Source: Octopus bimaculoides (taxonomy: Eukaryota). Taken from it: 50,760 nt of DNA. Below, piece after piece: positions 23,864-35,365 of this stretch (the first letter of the stretch is position 1; the number at the start of each line of letters is the position of its first letter). The notes under the pieces are model-generated. The model saw only the letters and a list, made by a program, of their open reading frames with translations, had not been told where the DNA came from and made no database searches. The DNA is taken from assembly GCF_001194135.2 (NCBI RefSeq), contig NC_069002.1, forward strand, positions 28,143,406-28,194,165, read 5' to 3'. The translations under genes and the position numbers were made by a program.

Positions 23864-24671
23864 NNNNNNNNNNNNNNNNNNNNNNNNNNNNNNNNNNNNN
23901 NNNNNNNNNNNNNNNNNNNNNNNNNNNNNNNNNNNNNNNNNNNNNNNNNNNNNNNNNNNNNNNNNNNNNNNNNNNNNNNNNNNNNNNNNNNNNNNNNNNN
24001 NNNNNNNNNNNNNNNNNNNNNNNNNNNNNNNNNNNNNNNNNNNNNNNNNNNNNNNNNNNNNNNNNNNNNNNNNNNNNNNNNNNNNNNNNNNNNNNNNNNN
24101 NNNNCCCCAATATCTCCCCTCCCCTATCTCTCCCTCCCCCCTCTCTACCGACCTATCTATTTTTTACACCTCAACATTATAGATTTCTGTCTGTCTGTCT
24201 GTTATAGTTTCAGACAAAATTCTTTTTTGTTTTGCCATATTCTTTCTTTTGTGTGTTCAATTTCGATTTTTATCTTTCTTCCTTCTGTTGTCTTCTTGTT
24301 TTAACACTCTCTTAAAAAAAAACTTATCTGATGTCATATCAAAAATATTCTTCTGTAACATTCATGTTCTTTTTTTTAATTCTTGCTAATCTTAGTAACT
24401 CCGAATATCTATTGTTGTTATTGTATGTCATTCTTCTAATATGGTTTTTTCTTATTATTATTTCTACTAATGTCGTTTCTTTTTCATTCAATTATATTTT
24501 TGTTTATGAAATCCGATGCTAACTATATCGCTGTTTTCGTTCTTTCTTCATTTTAATCTCGACTCTACAGGTTAAATCTCGTGCAATATTTGTGAAAGAC
24601 GTCAGTGTTTACACTGTTTAGAATCTCCATACATTTATATTTGTAAATAATAATAATAATAATAATAATAA

Positions 24672-24883
24672 TTCTTTCTACTATAGGCACAAGTCCTGAA
24701 ATTTCAGGGAAGGGGACTGGTCGATTACATCGACCCCCAGTGTTTCACTAGTACTTAATTTATAGAACCCGAAAGGATGAAAGTCAAAGTCGACCTCGGC
24801 GGAATTTGAACTCAGAACCCAGTGGCAGGCGAAATACCGCCAAGCATTTCGTCCGGCGCGCTAACGATTCTCCCAGCTCGCTG
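24672..24883 (-). mobile_element. Family-A SINE between (AAT)n and (ATT)n tracts
   Basis: Full head-to-tail match to the other copies. Confidence 0.88.
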
Positions 24884-24966
<83 letters not shown>

Positions 24967-25569
24967 NNNNNNNNNNNNNNNNNNNNNNNNNNNNNNNNNN
25001 NNNNNNNNNNNNNNNNNNNNNNNNNNNNNNNNNNNNNNNNNNNNNNNNNNNNNNNNNNNNNNNNNNNNNNNNNNNNNNNNNNNNNNNNNNNNNNNNNNNN
25101 NNNNNNNNNNNNNNNNNNNNNNNNNNNNNNNNNNNNNNNNNNNNNNNNNNNNNNNNNNNNNNNNNNNNNNNNNNNNNNNNNNNNNNNNNNNNNNNNNNNN
25201 NNNNNNNNNNNNNNNNNNNNNNNNNNNNNNNNNNNNNNNNNNNNNNNNNNNNNNNNNNNNNNNNNNNNNNNNNNNNNNNNNNNNNNNNNNNNNNNNNNNN
25301 NNNNNNNNNNNNNNNNNNNNNNNNNNNNNNNNNNNNNNNNNNNNNNNNNNNNNNNNNNNNNNNNNNNNNNNNNNNNNNNNNNNNNNNNNNNNNNNNNNNN
25401 NNNNNNNNNNNCCATGTCGCGCACATATGGTTGTGATGCATGTGCCTGGTGTACCCTTATCAGACGGGGAGTCATGATGGGTATAATGGGCTTCGTATAT
25501 TTTACCCCAGTGTCACTTTGATGGCATGCACTACTCTCTCACTCAATAATAATAGTAATAATAATAATC

Positions 25570-25781
25570 TTTAAAATTTTGGCACAAAGCCAGCAGTTTC
25601 AGGGCAGGCGGCAAGTTCATCACATCGACGCCGGTACTCAACTGGTACTTATTTAATCGACCCCGAAAGGATGAAAGGCAAAGTCGACCTCGGCGGAATT
25701 TGAACTCAGAACGTAAGTAAGAACGAAATGCTGCTCAGCATTTTGCCCGGCGTTCTAACAATTCTACCATCTCGCCGCCTT
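25570..25781 (-). mobile_element. Family-A SINE
   Basis: cgaccccgaaaggatgaaaggcaaagtcgacctcggcggaatttgaactcagaacg. Confidence 0.88.
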
Positions 25782-25825
25782 AACACCACCTCCACCACTA
25801 CAAACGACAACAACTACAACTATAA

Positions 25826-27375
25826 TATGGTAGGCAGCGTGAAAATATGCAGGGACATTTTCCAAGGAGAATCGCGCTCTCCATTAGTTTTCGTCATTGT
25901 TCTGAACCCGCTGACAAGTATACTAAAAAAATTAGGCCTGCTTATGAGTTTACCAAATCCAAGATGAAATTAAATCGCCTGCTTTATATGGATGTCCTCA
26001 AGCTGTACACAAAAAAGAGACAGACCTAATCCCTTTGATCCAAACAATGAGCGTATTCAATAAAGACACTGGAATGCAGTTTGAGGGTAATTAATGCGCT
26101 GAAGTAATTATGAATGGGGGCTGTATGGTAAATTCTGGTACATAAAATTACCCCAAGGTAACATCATTAGATCATTGTGGAATAATGAGGGGTACAGATA
26201 TTTATGAATGCTGCAAGATGATAGGATTATGAAAGAAGAAATGAGAGCGAAAGTCTAAAGAATACAAGAGAAAATTAGGAAGGTGCTGGAAATGAAATTA
26301 AATGGCGGGGACATCATTAATTCCATAAATACATGGGCTATGTCCGTATTGAGATGCTCTTCTCCCTTTCTGAAATGGACATAGGTCAAGCTACAGAACT
26401 TGGACAGAAGAACTAGAAAGCTGTTCACAATGCACAACGCAACCCACCCTAAAAGCAATACTGACTGACTCTACCTAGCAAGAAAAGAGGGGAGCAGAAG
26501 ATTACTGGACCTGAAAAATGTTGTGCGGAGTAAAGAAAGAAGGCTGTCGGCTGTCAGAAATACACACACAAAAAAAAGAAAAATGACTGAAACAGAAGGA
26601 GAATTGAAAAGGAAAGAAAGAACACAGAGCCAGCTGATGGCAAGAAATGGAACTATATGGCCAATTCATGCAAAACACCGGGAATATCGGATGTAAAGAG
26701 ACAGAAACGCTAATTATAATATCTCAGGAACAAGCCCTTAGAACGAACCTGATAAAGACAAGGATCGACAACACCCAGTCAGACAGCAAATGTAGAATCT
26801 GCAGGAAAGGAGACAGAAGTATCAGTCACCTTTTGAGTGAGTGCAGTGTACTAGCACAAAAGGAGTATAAAAGCAGACCTGACTGTGTAGGCAAAAGAGT
26901 GCATTGGGATGTTATCCGAATGTCTGGCTTCAAAACAACAGAAAAGTTGTATGAACTCGAACTAGATTTCCTCAAAGACAGACCATACTATTGATGCAAG
27001 AAGAACGGATATGATCATAGAGGACAAAATAAACAAATAGATTTTGCAATTCCCTACAATAGCAGAGTCGATTCCAATGAAATTGAAAAAAAAACAACTG
27101 AGAACAATCAGGAGCAAACGAGAGAACTGAAGAGACTGTGGAAAACCAAGGCAACAATTATTCCTGTAGCGATTAGTGCACTCGGCACAAAAGACAAAAT
27201 GCTACTGAGAAGACTGAAAGAGATGGGAATTGAAACTCGCATTGTCCAACTGCAGAAAAGTTCCATCATATATTCTACAAGAGCACCAAGGAAAATTCTT
27301 GAAATTTGAGGAGACTTGTTGTCACAAAACCCCAAGATAAAATACCTGCCAACTAAATAAGCACACACTAGCATA
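25826..27375 (+). mobile_element. Dong/R4-like LINE, 5'-truncated 3' half (RT, CCHC, REL endonuclease, 3' UTR), decayed
   Basis: IFQGESRSPLVF, LNRLLYMDVLKLY (YMDD motif), INSINTWAMSVL, QEQALRTN, KCRICRKGDRSISHLLSEC, IIPVAISALG; ends in (TAA)n. Confidence 0.9.
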
Positions 27376-27409
27376 ATAATAATAATAATAATAATAATGA
27401 TAATAATGA

Positions 27410-28290
27410 TAACAACGCTGAATTAGATGAAGAACATGAAACCACTGCCACAAAAACGCAAAATGGATCAAAGACTGCGAAAAAGAACGGGCAGAAACAA
27501 ATTGAAGATCGGTGGAACCAGAAGCCTCTGCATGTACAGTATATACTTCGAAGCCGAAATGCTGATGTAGACCAAGCAACAAGCCATCAGTGGCCGAGGA
27601 AAATAATAAAGCCGAAGGAAATGATAAACAAGCCTGAAAGACTGAAGGTTTCGTGTTGGCAGCAGAAAATCAAAGCTTGCTTACCAAATCTACCAGGCTA
27701 ATATTCTTCAAAACGGTTCTGGCCCTAAATGCAGATTCTGCGACACATTTGATGAAACAATAGACCATATCGTCTCAGGATGTCCTATGCTGACACCAAA
27801 CGAATACAAATACGATAGGGTAGGACAGTATTTACATTGGAAAATATGTAAACTCTACAAAATCAGTACTCCTACTTTCTGGTATGAACATCATCCTGAG
27901 CCAATCGTTGAAGGTAAAAATGTCACTATCCTCTGGGATTTTCCAGTCAACACCGACAGAACGATCCAGGCTAATCGACCAGACATAGTCATTAAAGACA
28001 GGGAAGAAAATACTTGTAGACTAATAAATGTAAGTGTTCCAACTGATAAAAAAATATATCCGTAAAGAAATCTGACAAATTAAGTATATATAAGGACCTG
28101 GAAATTGAAATACAAAACATGTAGCACCTTAAAGCGGGAACTGTTCCTGTTATTGTGGGTGCCCTAGGTAAAAGAAAGGGATGTCAGAAACATCTAGGTA
28201 ATATCCCAGGAGAACGATGTCTCAGAGAAATCGAAAATATTGTGCTGATAAGTACTGCCCACTTCCTTAAAAAAACCCTATCAGTTGAAA
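27410..28290 (+). mobile_element. Second Dong/R4-like LINE 3' fragment (CCHC and REL endonuclease)
   Basis: TEGFVLAAENQS, CRFCDTFDETIDHIVSGCPML, ILWDFPVNTDRTIQANRPDIVIKD, VPVIVGALG. Confidence 0.9.
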
Positions 28291-28299
28291 TGTATGTGT

Positions 28300-29075
28300 T
28301 GTATTAAGGAAAAAGAAAAGATTGAGAAATACCAGCCACTGCGGGACGAGATAGGAAAGTTATGGGACATAAAGAAGTAATGGCTATACCGGTGGTAACT
28401 GGAGCATTAGGAGCAGCTTCCAAGGGCTTTTAAAAGCATTAATATTCTTTTTTACTCTAGGCACAAGGCCCGAAATTTTGGGGGAGGGAGCCAGTCGTTC
28501 AGATCGACCCCAGGATGCAACTGGTACTTAATTTATCGACCCCCGAAAGGATGAAAGGCAAAGTCGATCTCAGTGGAATTTGAACTCAGAACGTAAAGAC
28601 ATATGAAATACCCCTAAGCGTTTCGCCCGGCGTGCTAACGTTTCTTATTTCTTTACTGCCCACAAGGAGCTACACACAGAGGGGACAAACAACTACAGAC
28701 AAACGGATTAAGTCGATTATATCGACCCCAGTGCGTAACTGGTACTTATTTAATCGACCCCGAAAGGATAAAAGGCAAAGTCGACCTCGTCGTAATTTGA
28801 ACTCAGAACGTAGCGGCAGACGAAATACTGCTAAGCATTTCGTCCGGCGTGCTAACGTTTCTGCCAGCTCGCTGCCTTAACATATTAAGAATATTGGAGC
28901 TACTATCAGGGTCGAGATGATCCAGAAGACAGCATTTTTGGGTACAGGTCGCATTCTAAGGAGAGTATTGTCTCTTTGAGTCACAGGAGAAGGTACTACT
29001 TGAAACCTTTGTTATTGCCTGCTTTCAAGTAAAGAATAACCGGTAATTAAGAACTATCCGAAAGTCTTTCAGAAT
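28300..29075 (+). mobile_element. Third Dong/R4-like 3' end, split by inserted SINEs
   Basis: KEKIEKYQPLRDEIGKLW..IPVVTGALG to 28438, resuming HIKNIGATIRVEMIQKTAFLGTGRILRRVLSL* at ~28880. Confidence 0.85.
28441..28878 (-). mobile_element. Two tandem family-A SINEs nested in the LINE
   Basis: Two complete cores, with 3' variants matching 19609-19824 and 5732-5974 respectively. Confidence 0.88.
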
Positions 29076-29819
29076 AACAACAATAATAATAATAATTATT
29101 ATTACTGATCTATTTGTTTATAAATGAATTTGCCTGAAAGAATTAAGTATTTCTTATANNNNNNNNNNNNNNNNNNNNNNNNNNNNNNNNNNNNNNNNNN
29201 NNNNNNNNNNNNNNNNNNNNNNNNNNNNNNNNNNNNNNNNNNNNNNNNNNNNNNNNNNNNNNNNNNNNNNNNNNNNNNNNNNNNNNNNNNNNNNNNNNNN
29301 NNNNNNNNNNNNNNNNNNNNNNNNNNNNNNNNNNNNNNNNNNNNNNNNNNNNNNNNNNNNNNNNNNNNNNNNNNNNNNNNNNNNNNNNNNNNNNNNNNNN
29401 NNNNNNNNNNNNNNNNNNNNNNNNNNNNNNNNNNNNNNNNNNNNNNNNNNNNNNNNNNNNNNNNNNNNNNNNNNNNNNNNNNNNNNNNNNNNNNNNNNNN
29501 NNNNNNNNNNNNNNNNNNNNNNNNNNNNNNNNNNNNNNNNNNNNNNNNNNNNNNNNNNNNNNNNNNNNNNNNNNNNNNNNNNNNNNNNNNNNNNNNNNNN
29601 NNNNNNNNNNNNNNNNNNNNNNNNNNNNNNNNNNNNNNNNNNNNNNNNNNNNNNNNNNNNNNNNNNNNNNNNNNNNNGGTAATCACTTTTGCTGGAAGTA
29701 GCCATGGTGTTACATTACAAATATATTATTATTATTATTATTTTTTTTTTTTTTTCGCTAATTCGAGTTCTATCTTCTCCAAACGGGATGTGGTGAAGTA
29801 ACACAAGAAATACATTTCA

Positions 29820-29986
29820 ACTTCATATTGGCGCAAGCATGGTTAGGCGCGTGTACGGCCTTGCAATCTTGTGGTTTCAGGTTCAATCCTGCTGTGTGGC
29901 ACCTTGGACAAGTGATTTTTACTATAGCTCCCGACTAACCAATTCTTTGTGAGTGAACGTGGTAGACAGAAACTGTGTAGAAGCTC

Positions 29987-30030
<44 letters not shown>

Positions 30031-30163
30031 CGTGTGCGTATGTGATGGTGTGTGAATGTGTGTGTGTATTTGTGTTTATTCCTCCACCACCCGACAACCG
30101 GTATTGGTTTGTTTACATTCCCATAAATTATCACTTCAAAATAAACCGTCAGAGTAAGTACTA
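29820..30163 (+). mobile_element. Family-B SINE, diverged, ending at a gap
   Basis: gcatggttagg..ggttcaatcc..tggcaccttggacaagtg..(TA)n..gacaaccggtattggtttgtttac. Confidence 0.75.
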
Positions 30164-30502
30164 NNNNNNNNNNNNNNNNNNNNNNNNNNNNNNNNNNNNN
30201 NNNNNNNNNNNNNNNNNNNNNNNNNNNNNNNNNNNNNNNNNNNNNNNNNNNNNNNNNNNNNNNNNNNNNNNNNNNNNNNNNNNNNNNNNNNNNNNNNNNN
30301 NNNNNNNNNNNNNNNNNNNNNNNNNNNNNNNNNNNNNNNNNNNNNNNNNNNNNNNNNNNNNNNNNNNNNNNNNNNNNNNNNNNNNNNNNNNNNNNNNNNN
30401 NNNNNNNNNNNNNNNNNNNNNNNNNNNNNNNNNNNNNNNNNNNNNNNNNNNNNNNNNNNNNNNNNNNNNNNNNNNNNNNNNNNNNNNNNNNNNNNNNNNN
30501 NN

Positions 30503-30643
30503 NAGTACTGTATATTTTTTTGAAAGTATTTTTATAATTTGTATATATTTTATTATAAATGCAAAGCCAAACCACGGAGGAATCGACATAAATTTAAATA
30601 ATAAACCGCGATAGGTGAACCGCGATATGGCGAGGGATCACAG
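30503..30643 (+). mobile_element. Right end of a pogo/Tigger-like MITE (same family as 41749-42384)
   Basis: ccacggaggaatcgac..aataaaccgcgataggtgaaccgcgatatggcgagggatcacag followed by TA. Confidence 0.75.
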
Positions 30644-30667
30644 TAAAAACATTAATAAATAAATAAT

Positions 30668-30887
30668 GAAGGCTGCGAGCTGGCAGAAACGTTAGCACGC
30701 CGGGTGAAATGCTTAGCGGGATTTCGTCTGTCTTTACGTTCTGAGTTCAAATTCCGCCGAGGTCGACTTTGCCTTTCATCCTTTCGGGGTCGATAAATTA
30801 AGTACCAGTTGCGTGCCGGGGTCGATGTAATTGACTGGTTCCATACCCCCAAAAGTTTCGGGCCTTGTGCCTAGAGTAGAAAAGAAC
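30668..30887 (+). mobile_element. Family-A SINE, near consensus
   Basis: aaggctgcgagctggcagaaacgttagc...gggccttgtgcctagagtagaaaag. Confidence 0.9.
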
Positions 30888-31059
30888 AAATAGATAATGA
30901 ATTAATAGATTTGGATAAATAGATAAAAAATTAAATATATTCTGGACCATCGGATAGTGTGTCCAGATTTTCCGGATATTTTAACCTTAGCGGAATGAGT
31001 GTCTGATGGGAAACAGTTCCAACAGGTGCCAATTTAAATTGATCACGTAACAGAAGTCG

Positions 31060-31385
31060 TTATACTGGAGGAGCTAGTCAATAAACAATAGATGACGGTC
31101 AATGAACGATAGATGACGGTCAATAAGCGATAGATGACGGTCAATAAGCGATAGATGACGGTCAATAAGCGATAGGTGACGGTCAATAAACAATCGCTTA
31201 TTGACTAGTTCCTCCTATCATCTACCGCTTATTGACTAATTCTTCCTGTCATCTACCGCTTATTGACTAGTTCCTCGTCATCCACAGCTTATTGATTAGT
31301 TCTTCCTGTCATTGTCTGCTTATTGACTAATTCCTCCTGTCATCCACTCCTTATTGACTAGTTCCTCCTGTCATATACTGTTCTC
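31060..31385. repeat. Two opposed minisatellite arrays (21-bp units, then ~32-bp units in reverse orientation)
   Basis: (atagatgacggtcaataagcg) x~5 followed by (cgcttattgactagttcctcctgtcatctac) x~6. Confidence 0.9.
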
Positions 31386-31924
31386 TATTGATTTACCTGT
31401 TCTAAAACCAAGAGATTCTGCTTTAATTTTCCTTTTCACCTAGACTTCTCACTACCGTCATTATTAATAATTGCACCCATAAAACTCCCGCTTAATTAAT
31501 TCATTAATTCGTTCTGCGAAACCCATCCGTGTCGGAAAAGATGTATTTTATTTTCCAGTACCCCGAGCTATGTTTGTTAGTCTTCAAGTCTATTATTAGT
31601 CTTGTTGTTTATTAGTGTTAAAAAATATAAGATTAAAATAACTTAGGTGCAAAACAGTATTTTTTTTCTTCTCTCGTCAGAATGCCTGAGAGTATAGAAA
31701 TTATTGAGAAAGAATAAGAAGAAAAAAACGTAGTTGGCTTTTTTTTTTATATATTTTATTTTGAATCACTGGGGAGAAAATAATAAATATATAATTCTTA
31801 GAAGTTAGCTTTTGTCGAAGAAAATATAAAATAGATAAAAAGTAAGACTGTATACCAAAACCAGACGGACGCTGAATTATAAGACTGCGAGTTATATTAG
31901 TTTATATAAAAACCGAGTGTCTTC

Positions 31925-32240
31925 AGATGCCATAAACATTCGGCTCACGGTCATGAGTTCGATTCCCGGCGGCGCGTTGTGTCTCTTTAGCAAAACACTT
32001 TATTTCACGTTGCTTCAGTCCACCCAGCTGGCAAATATGAGTGACACGTGTAATTCAAAGGTGGGGGGGGGGCGGCTTTGTCACATTCTGTGTCACACTG
32101 AATTTCCCCTGGGAACTACGTTAAGGATACTCCGCGTGTCTGCTGAGTTTCTCAGCCGATTGCACGTTAATTTCACGAGCAGGCTGTTGCGTTGATCGAA
32201 TCAACAGGAGCCCTCATCGTCGTAACCGACGGAGTACCAG
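31925..32240 (+). mobile_element. Family-C-related tRNA-derived SINE
   Basis: gagttcgattcccggc..gcaaaacactttatttcacgttgcttcagtccacccagctg. Confidence 0.7.
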
Positions 32241-32294
32241 TTTCTTCAACCTTATTCAGTGGGTTAGTTTTGTTCTCTTTAATAATTATTTCAA

Positions 32295-32503
32295 ATTTTT
32301 TTCCACAAGGGCAGCTTGTTGGGTTGGGTGGAGACGAGTTGATTACATCGAGCTCAGTTGTTCAACTGGTATTTATTTTATCGACCCCGAAAGGAAGAAC
32401 GGCAAAGTCGACCTCGGTGAAATTTGAACTCAGAACGTATCGACGGGCGAAATACCGCTAAGCCTTTCGTCCAACGTGCTAACGATTCTGCCAGCTCACC
32501 GCC

Positions 32504-32505
<2 letters not shown>
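32295..32505 (-). mobile_element. Family-A SINE
   Basis: Core and head as in other copies; followed by (AAT)n. Confidence 0.85.
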
Positions 32506-32552
<47 letters not shown>

Positions 32553-32589
32553 CTATAATATAGTTTAGTAATTTTATATACGTTTTATA

Positions 32590-32792
32590 TCTTATATATT
32601 TTTGTCAGTCATTGGTCTGCAGCCATACTGCAGCATCACTTTGATGGGCTTGTTTGAAAAAATCGGTGGTACTTATATTCTATCGGGCTCTTTTGCCGAA
32701 ATGTTAAGTTACGGGAACGTATAGAAGCTAAAACCGGTTGTCGAGCGGTTTGGGTCGAAAATCACAGAAACAGACACACACACACACACGTG
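32590..32792 (-). mobile_element. Family-B SINE 3' half at a gap edge
   Basis: gtcagtcattggtctgcagccata..gtacttatattctatcgg.ctcttttgccgaa..ccggttgtc. Confidence 0.7.
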
Positions 32793-32922
32793 NNNNNNNN
32801 NNNNNNNNNNNNNNNNNNNNNNNNNNNNNNNNNNNNNNNNNNNNNNNNNNNNNNNNNNNNNNNNNNNNNNNNNNNNNNNNNNNNNNNNNNNNNNNNNNNN
32901 NNNNNNNNNNNNNNNNNNNNNN

Positions 32923-32984
<62 letters not shown>

Positions 32985-33049
32985 TCAACTTACAATGAAA
33001 GTAAACAAATAAAGTTTGCTTTAGAAGCGTTGAGATGCATTGGAAGATA

Positions 33050-33382
33050 CAGAAATAATTTATTCTCAAACACATGATAATGCTAATACGATGGCATGAA
33101 TAGGATGAACTATCCATATATTGCAGAAAAAATCAATGCTTTCATCGTAAGTTGAACTTAACGTTAGCGTCTTATAAAGCTAGATTTATAAATCCTAAAA
33201 TTGCAGAACTTCATTACTGGGCAGTTTAGCTTAGAGGTAAAGCACTTGACGCGTAATCACAGGGATGTGAGTTCGAGTCTCTTGGCTGGCCTGTAACGAA
33301 TTTTTCTGCAATATATGGATAATTTATTCTGTTCATGCTATTGAAGTAGCATTATCATGCGTTTGAGAATAAATTATCTCTG
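33050..33382. mobile_element. MITE with 82-bp TIRs (CAG termini, TA flanks)
   Basis: 33050-33131 versus the reverse complement of 33301-33382: 10 mismatches in 82 bp. Confidence 0.85.
33219..33291 (+). pseudogene. tRNA-Thr(CGT)-like sequence inside the MITE
   Basis: gggcagt/gctggcc acceptor stem, ttagcttagaggtaaagc D arm (A box), CGCGTAA loop with CGT anticodon, gagTTCGAGTctc T arm (B box). There are mismatches in the anticodon and T stems, and G at position 33. Confidence 0.6.
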
Positions 33383-33394
33383 TATCTTATATAT

Positions 33395-33910
33395 ATATAT
33401 ATATATATACATACATACACGACAGGTATCTTCCAGTTTCCGTCAACCAAATCTACTCGCAAGGCTTTGGTCAGCCCGAGGCTATAGTAGAAGACATTTG
33501 CCCAAGGTACTACGCAGTGGGACTGAACCCTGAACCATGTGGTTGGGAAGCAAGCTTCTAACCACACAGCCATATGTATACATATATATATTTTATCTTT
33601 TACTTGTTTCATACTGACCTCAGTACTTATTTTTTTAAAGCTATAAGTATTCTACCATTCTCTTTTGCTGAACCGCTAGCTCACAGGGACGTAAACACAC
33701 CAACACCGCTGGTGAAACAGTGGTGGGGACAAACACACACACACACACACGGTGGACTTCCACAAGGTTTCCATCTTCTAAATTCACTGATAAGGCATTG
33801 GTTGGCTCGGTGCTACAGTAGAAGACACTTGCCTAAGATGCCGGACAGTGGAACTGAACACCCGAAACCTCGTAGTTTCCAAGTGATCTTCTTAATCACA
33901 CAGACATGCC
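33395..33910 (-). mobile_element. Two family-B SINE copies (5' half 33395-33573; near full 33590-33910)
   Basis: gaagacatttgcccaaggt..gcagtgggactgaaccc..accacacagccat and a more diverged second copy. Confidence 0.82.
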
Positions 33911-33937
33911 TGCGGCTACGTCTGTATATTGGCTTCA

Positions 33938-34145
33938 TATTTCGACACAAGGCCAGCAATGCCGGGGAAGAGGTGTATGTCGAAACACCGACCCCAGTCC
34001 ATCACTGGTATTTAATCTATCGACCCCGAAAGGAAGAAAGGCAAAGTCGACCTCGGCGGAAATTCGAACTCAGAACGTAAAGACGAACGAAATACTGCTA
34101 AGCATTGTTCCCGACATGATATCAATCCTGCCAGCTCGCCGCCTT
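33938..34145 (-). mobile_element. Family-A SINE
   Basis: Core and head present. Confidence 0.85.
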
Positions 34146-34431
34146 CCTATGTATGTATATTATGTATCGTGCTTCCCATGTATGTATATTGCTTACAAAG
34201 ACTGACTCGTGTATAATCATTAATGAACGCGTTAATGCTGAAAACGCTAAATATATATATTCATACACCTCAACTTTCCTAAACGCATTTGGATGATTAC
34301 ATATGTGGATTCGTATTGACTTGCATTTCTTATCGTTAAGAAGCGAAGTTTCTTTTTTATATTGATAAGGAATCAATTTATTTTATGGAGAAATTGTTAT
34401 CGTGACAAAATTGAGTAGAAACTAGGAAAAA

Positions 34432-34474
<43 letters not shown>

Positions 34475-34714
34475 CACTTCTGAAATGAAAAGTAAGAACA
34501 AAATTGTTTTGAGTACACGAAAGAAATAGTTATATTGGTAAAAAATAAAAAAAAAGATTTTAGTCTATTATAGAAGCAAGAAACGTTTACGAAATATAAA
34601 CTAAACTAAGCGAATCCTGCAATTAAATCAAGAACGTTACTCAGATATTTTAACCAATCATGCAGTCATAAATACATCGACGCGTAATTTTGTCGGCAAA
34701 GCATGCTCGAAGTG

Positions 34715-34880
34715 TGTGCAGGGCTGTGTGGTTAAGATGATTGCATTGCTTCCATGCGGTTTCTGGTTCAGACCCTTATTGTGCGGGAGCTTTGCACAAG
34801 TATCTTCTTACCCCTGACCGGCAAGTACCTTTTGAATGAATTTTGAAGAGAGAAACTGTGTTAGCCCATTGTATATGAAA
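34715..34880 (+). mobile_element. Diverged family-B SINE head
   Basis: ggctgtgtggttaag..ggttcagacc..caagtatcttct..gaattttg..gaaactgtg. Confidence 0.55.
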
Positions 34881-35194
34881 ACTAATAGGCTGGTCAGTAG
34901 TAACTGCTCCATCGCTGAATGGTTTGGCTAAATCCAGACTATATATATATTTCACATACAAATTAATGGCTGGTTTGTGAAATGCTAATTGTGAAAATTA
35001 TAAAATAGCAAAGGCAGCTATGTGCAATATGATACCAAAAATAAAGAATTTAGTTGTCACTAATTGCGACTGAGGGTGCTGGGTAGCACCTATATTGCTA
35101 GAAATAAAAGTTAAAAACCCTTAGAGCTGCAAGAAAGCACATTTTTTCATCTGCTGACAGGTGAGACAATTGTGTCTTCTATACGGTATAGTCG

Positions 35195-35352
35195 CACGGA
35201 TGGTTATGTGGTAAGAAGTTTGTTTCCCAACCACATAGTTTCGGGTTCAGTCCAACTGCGTGGCACCTTGGGCAAATGCCTTGTACTATAGCCCCAGACT
35301 GACCAAATCCTTGTGTGTGTGTGTGTTTGATAGACGGAAACTGTGGAAGCCT
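35195..35352 (+). mobile_element. Family-B SINE 5' half
   Basis: tgtggtaagaagtttgtttcccaaccac..gggttcagtcc.actgcgtggcaccttgggcaa. Confidence 0.8.
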
Positions 35353-35365
35353 ATTTTATATATAT

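Noticed and set aside
25570-29075. Family-A SINE as the direct partner of the Dong-like LINEs
   Set aside because: The SINE 3' end (caggccttgtgcct..agaaa) does not match any of the Dong-like 3' UTRs visible here.
33219-33291. Functional tRNA-Thr gene
   Set aside because: Mispaired anticodon and T stems, G at position 33, and location inside a MITE; kept as a pseudogene.
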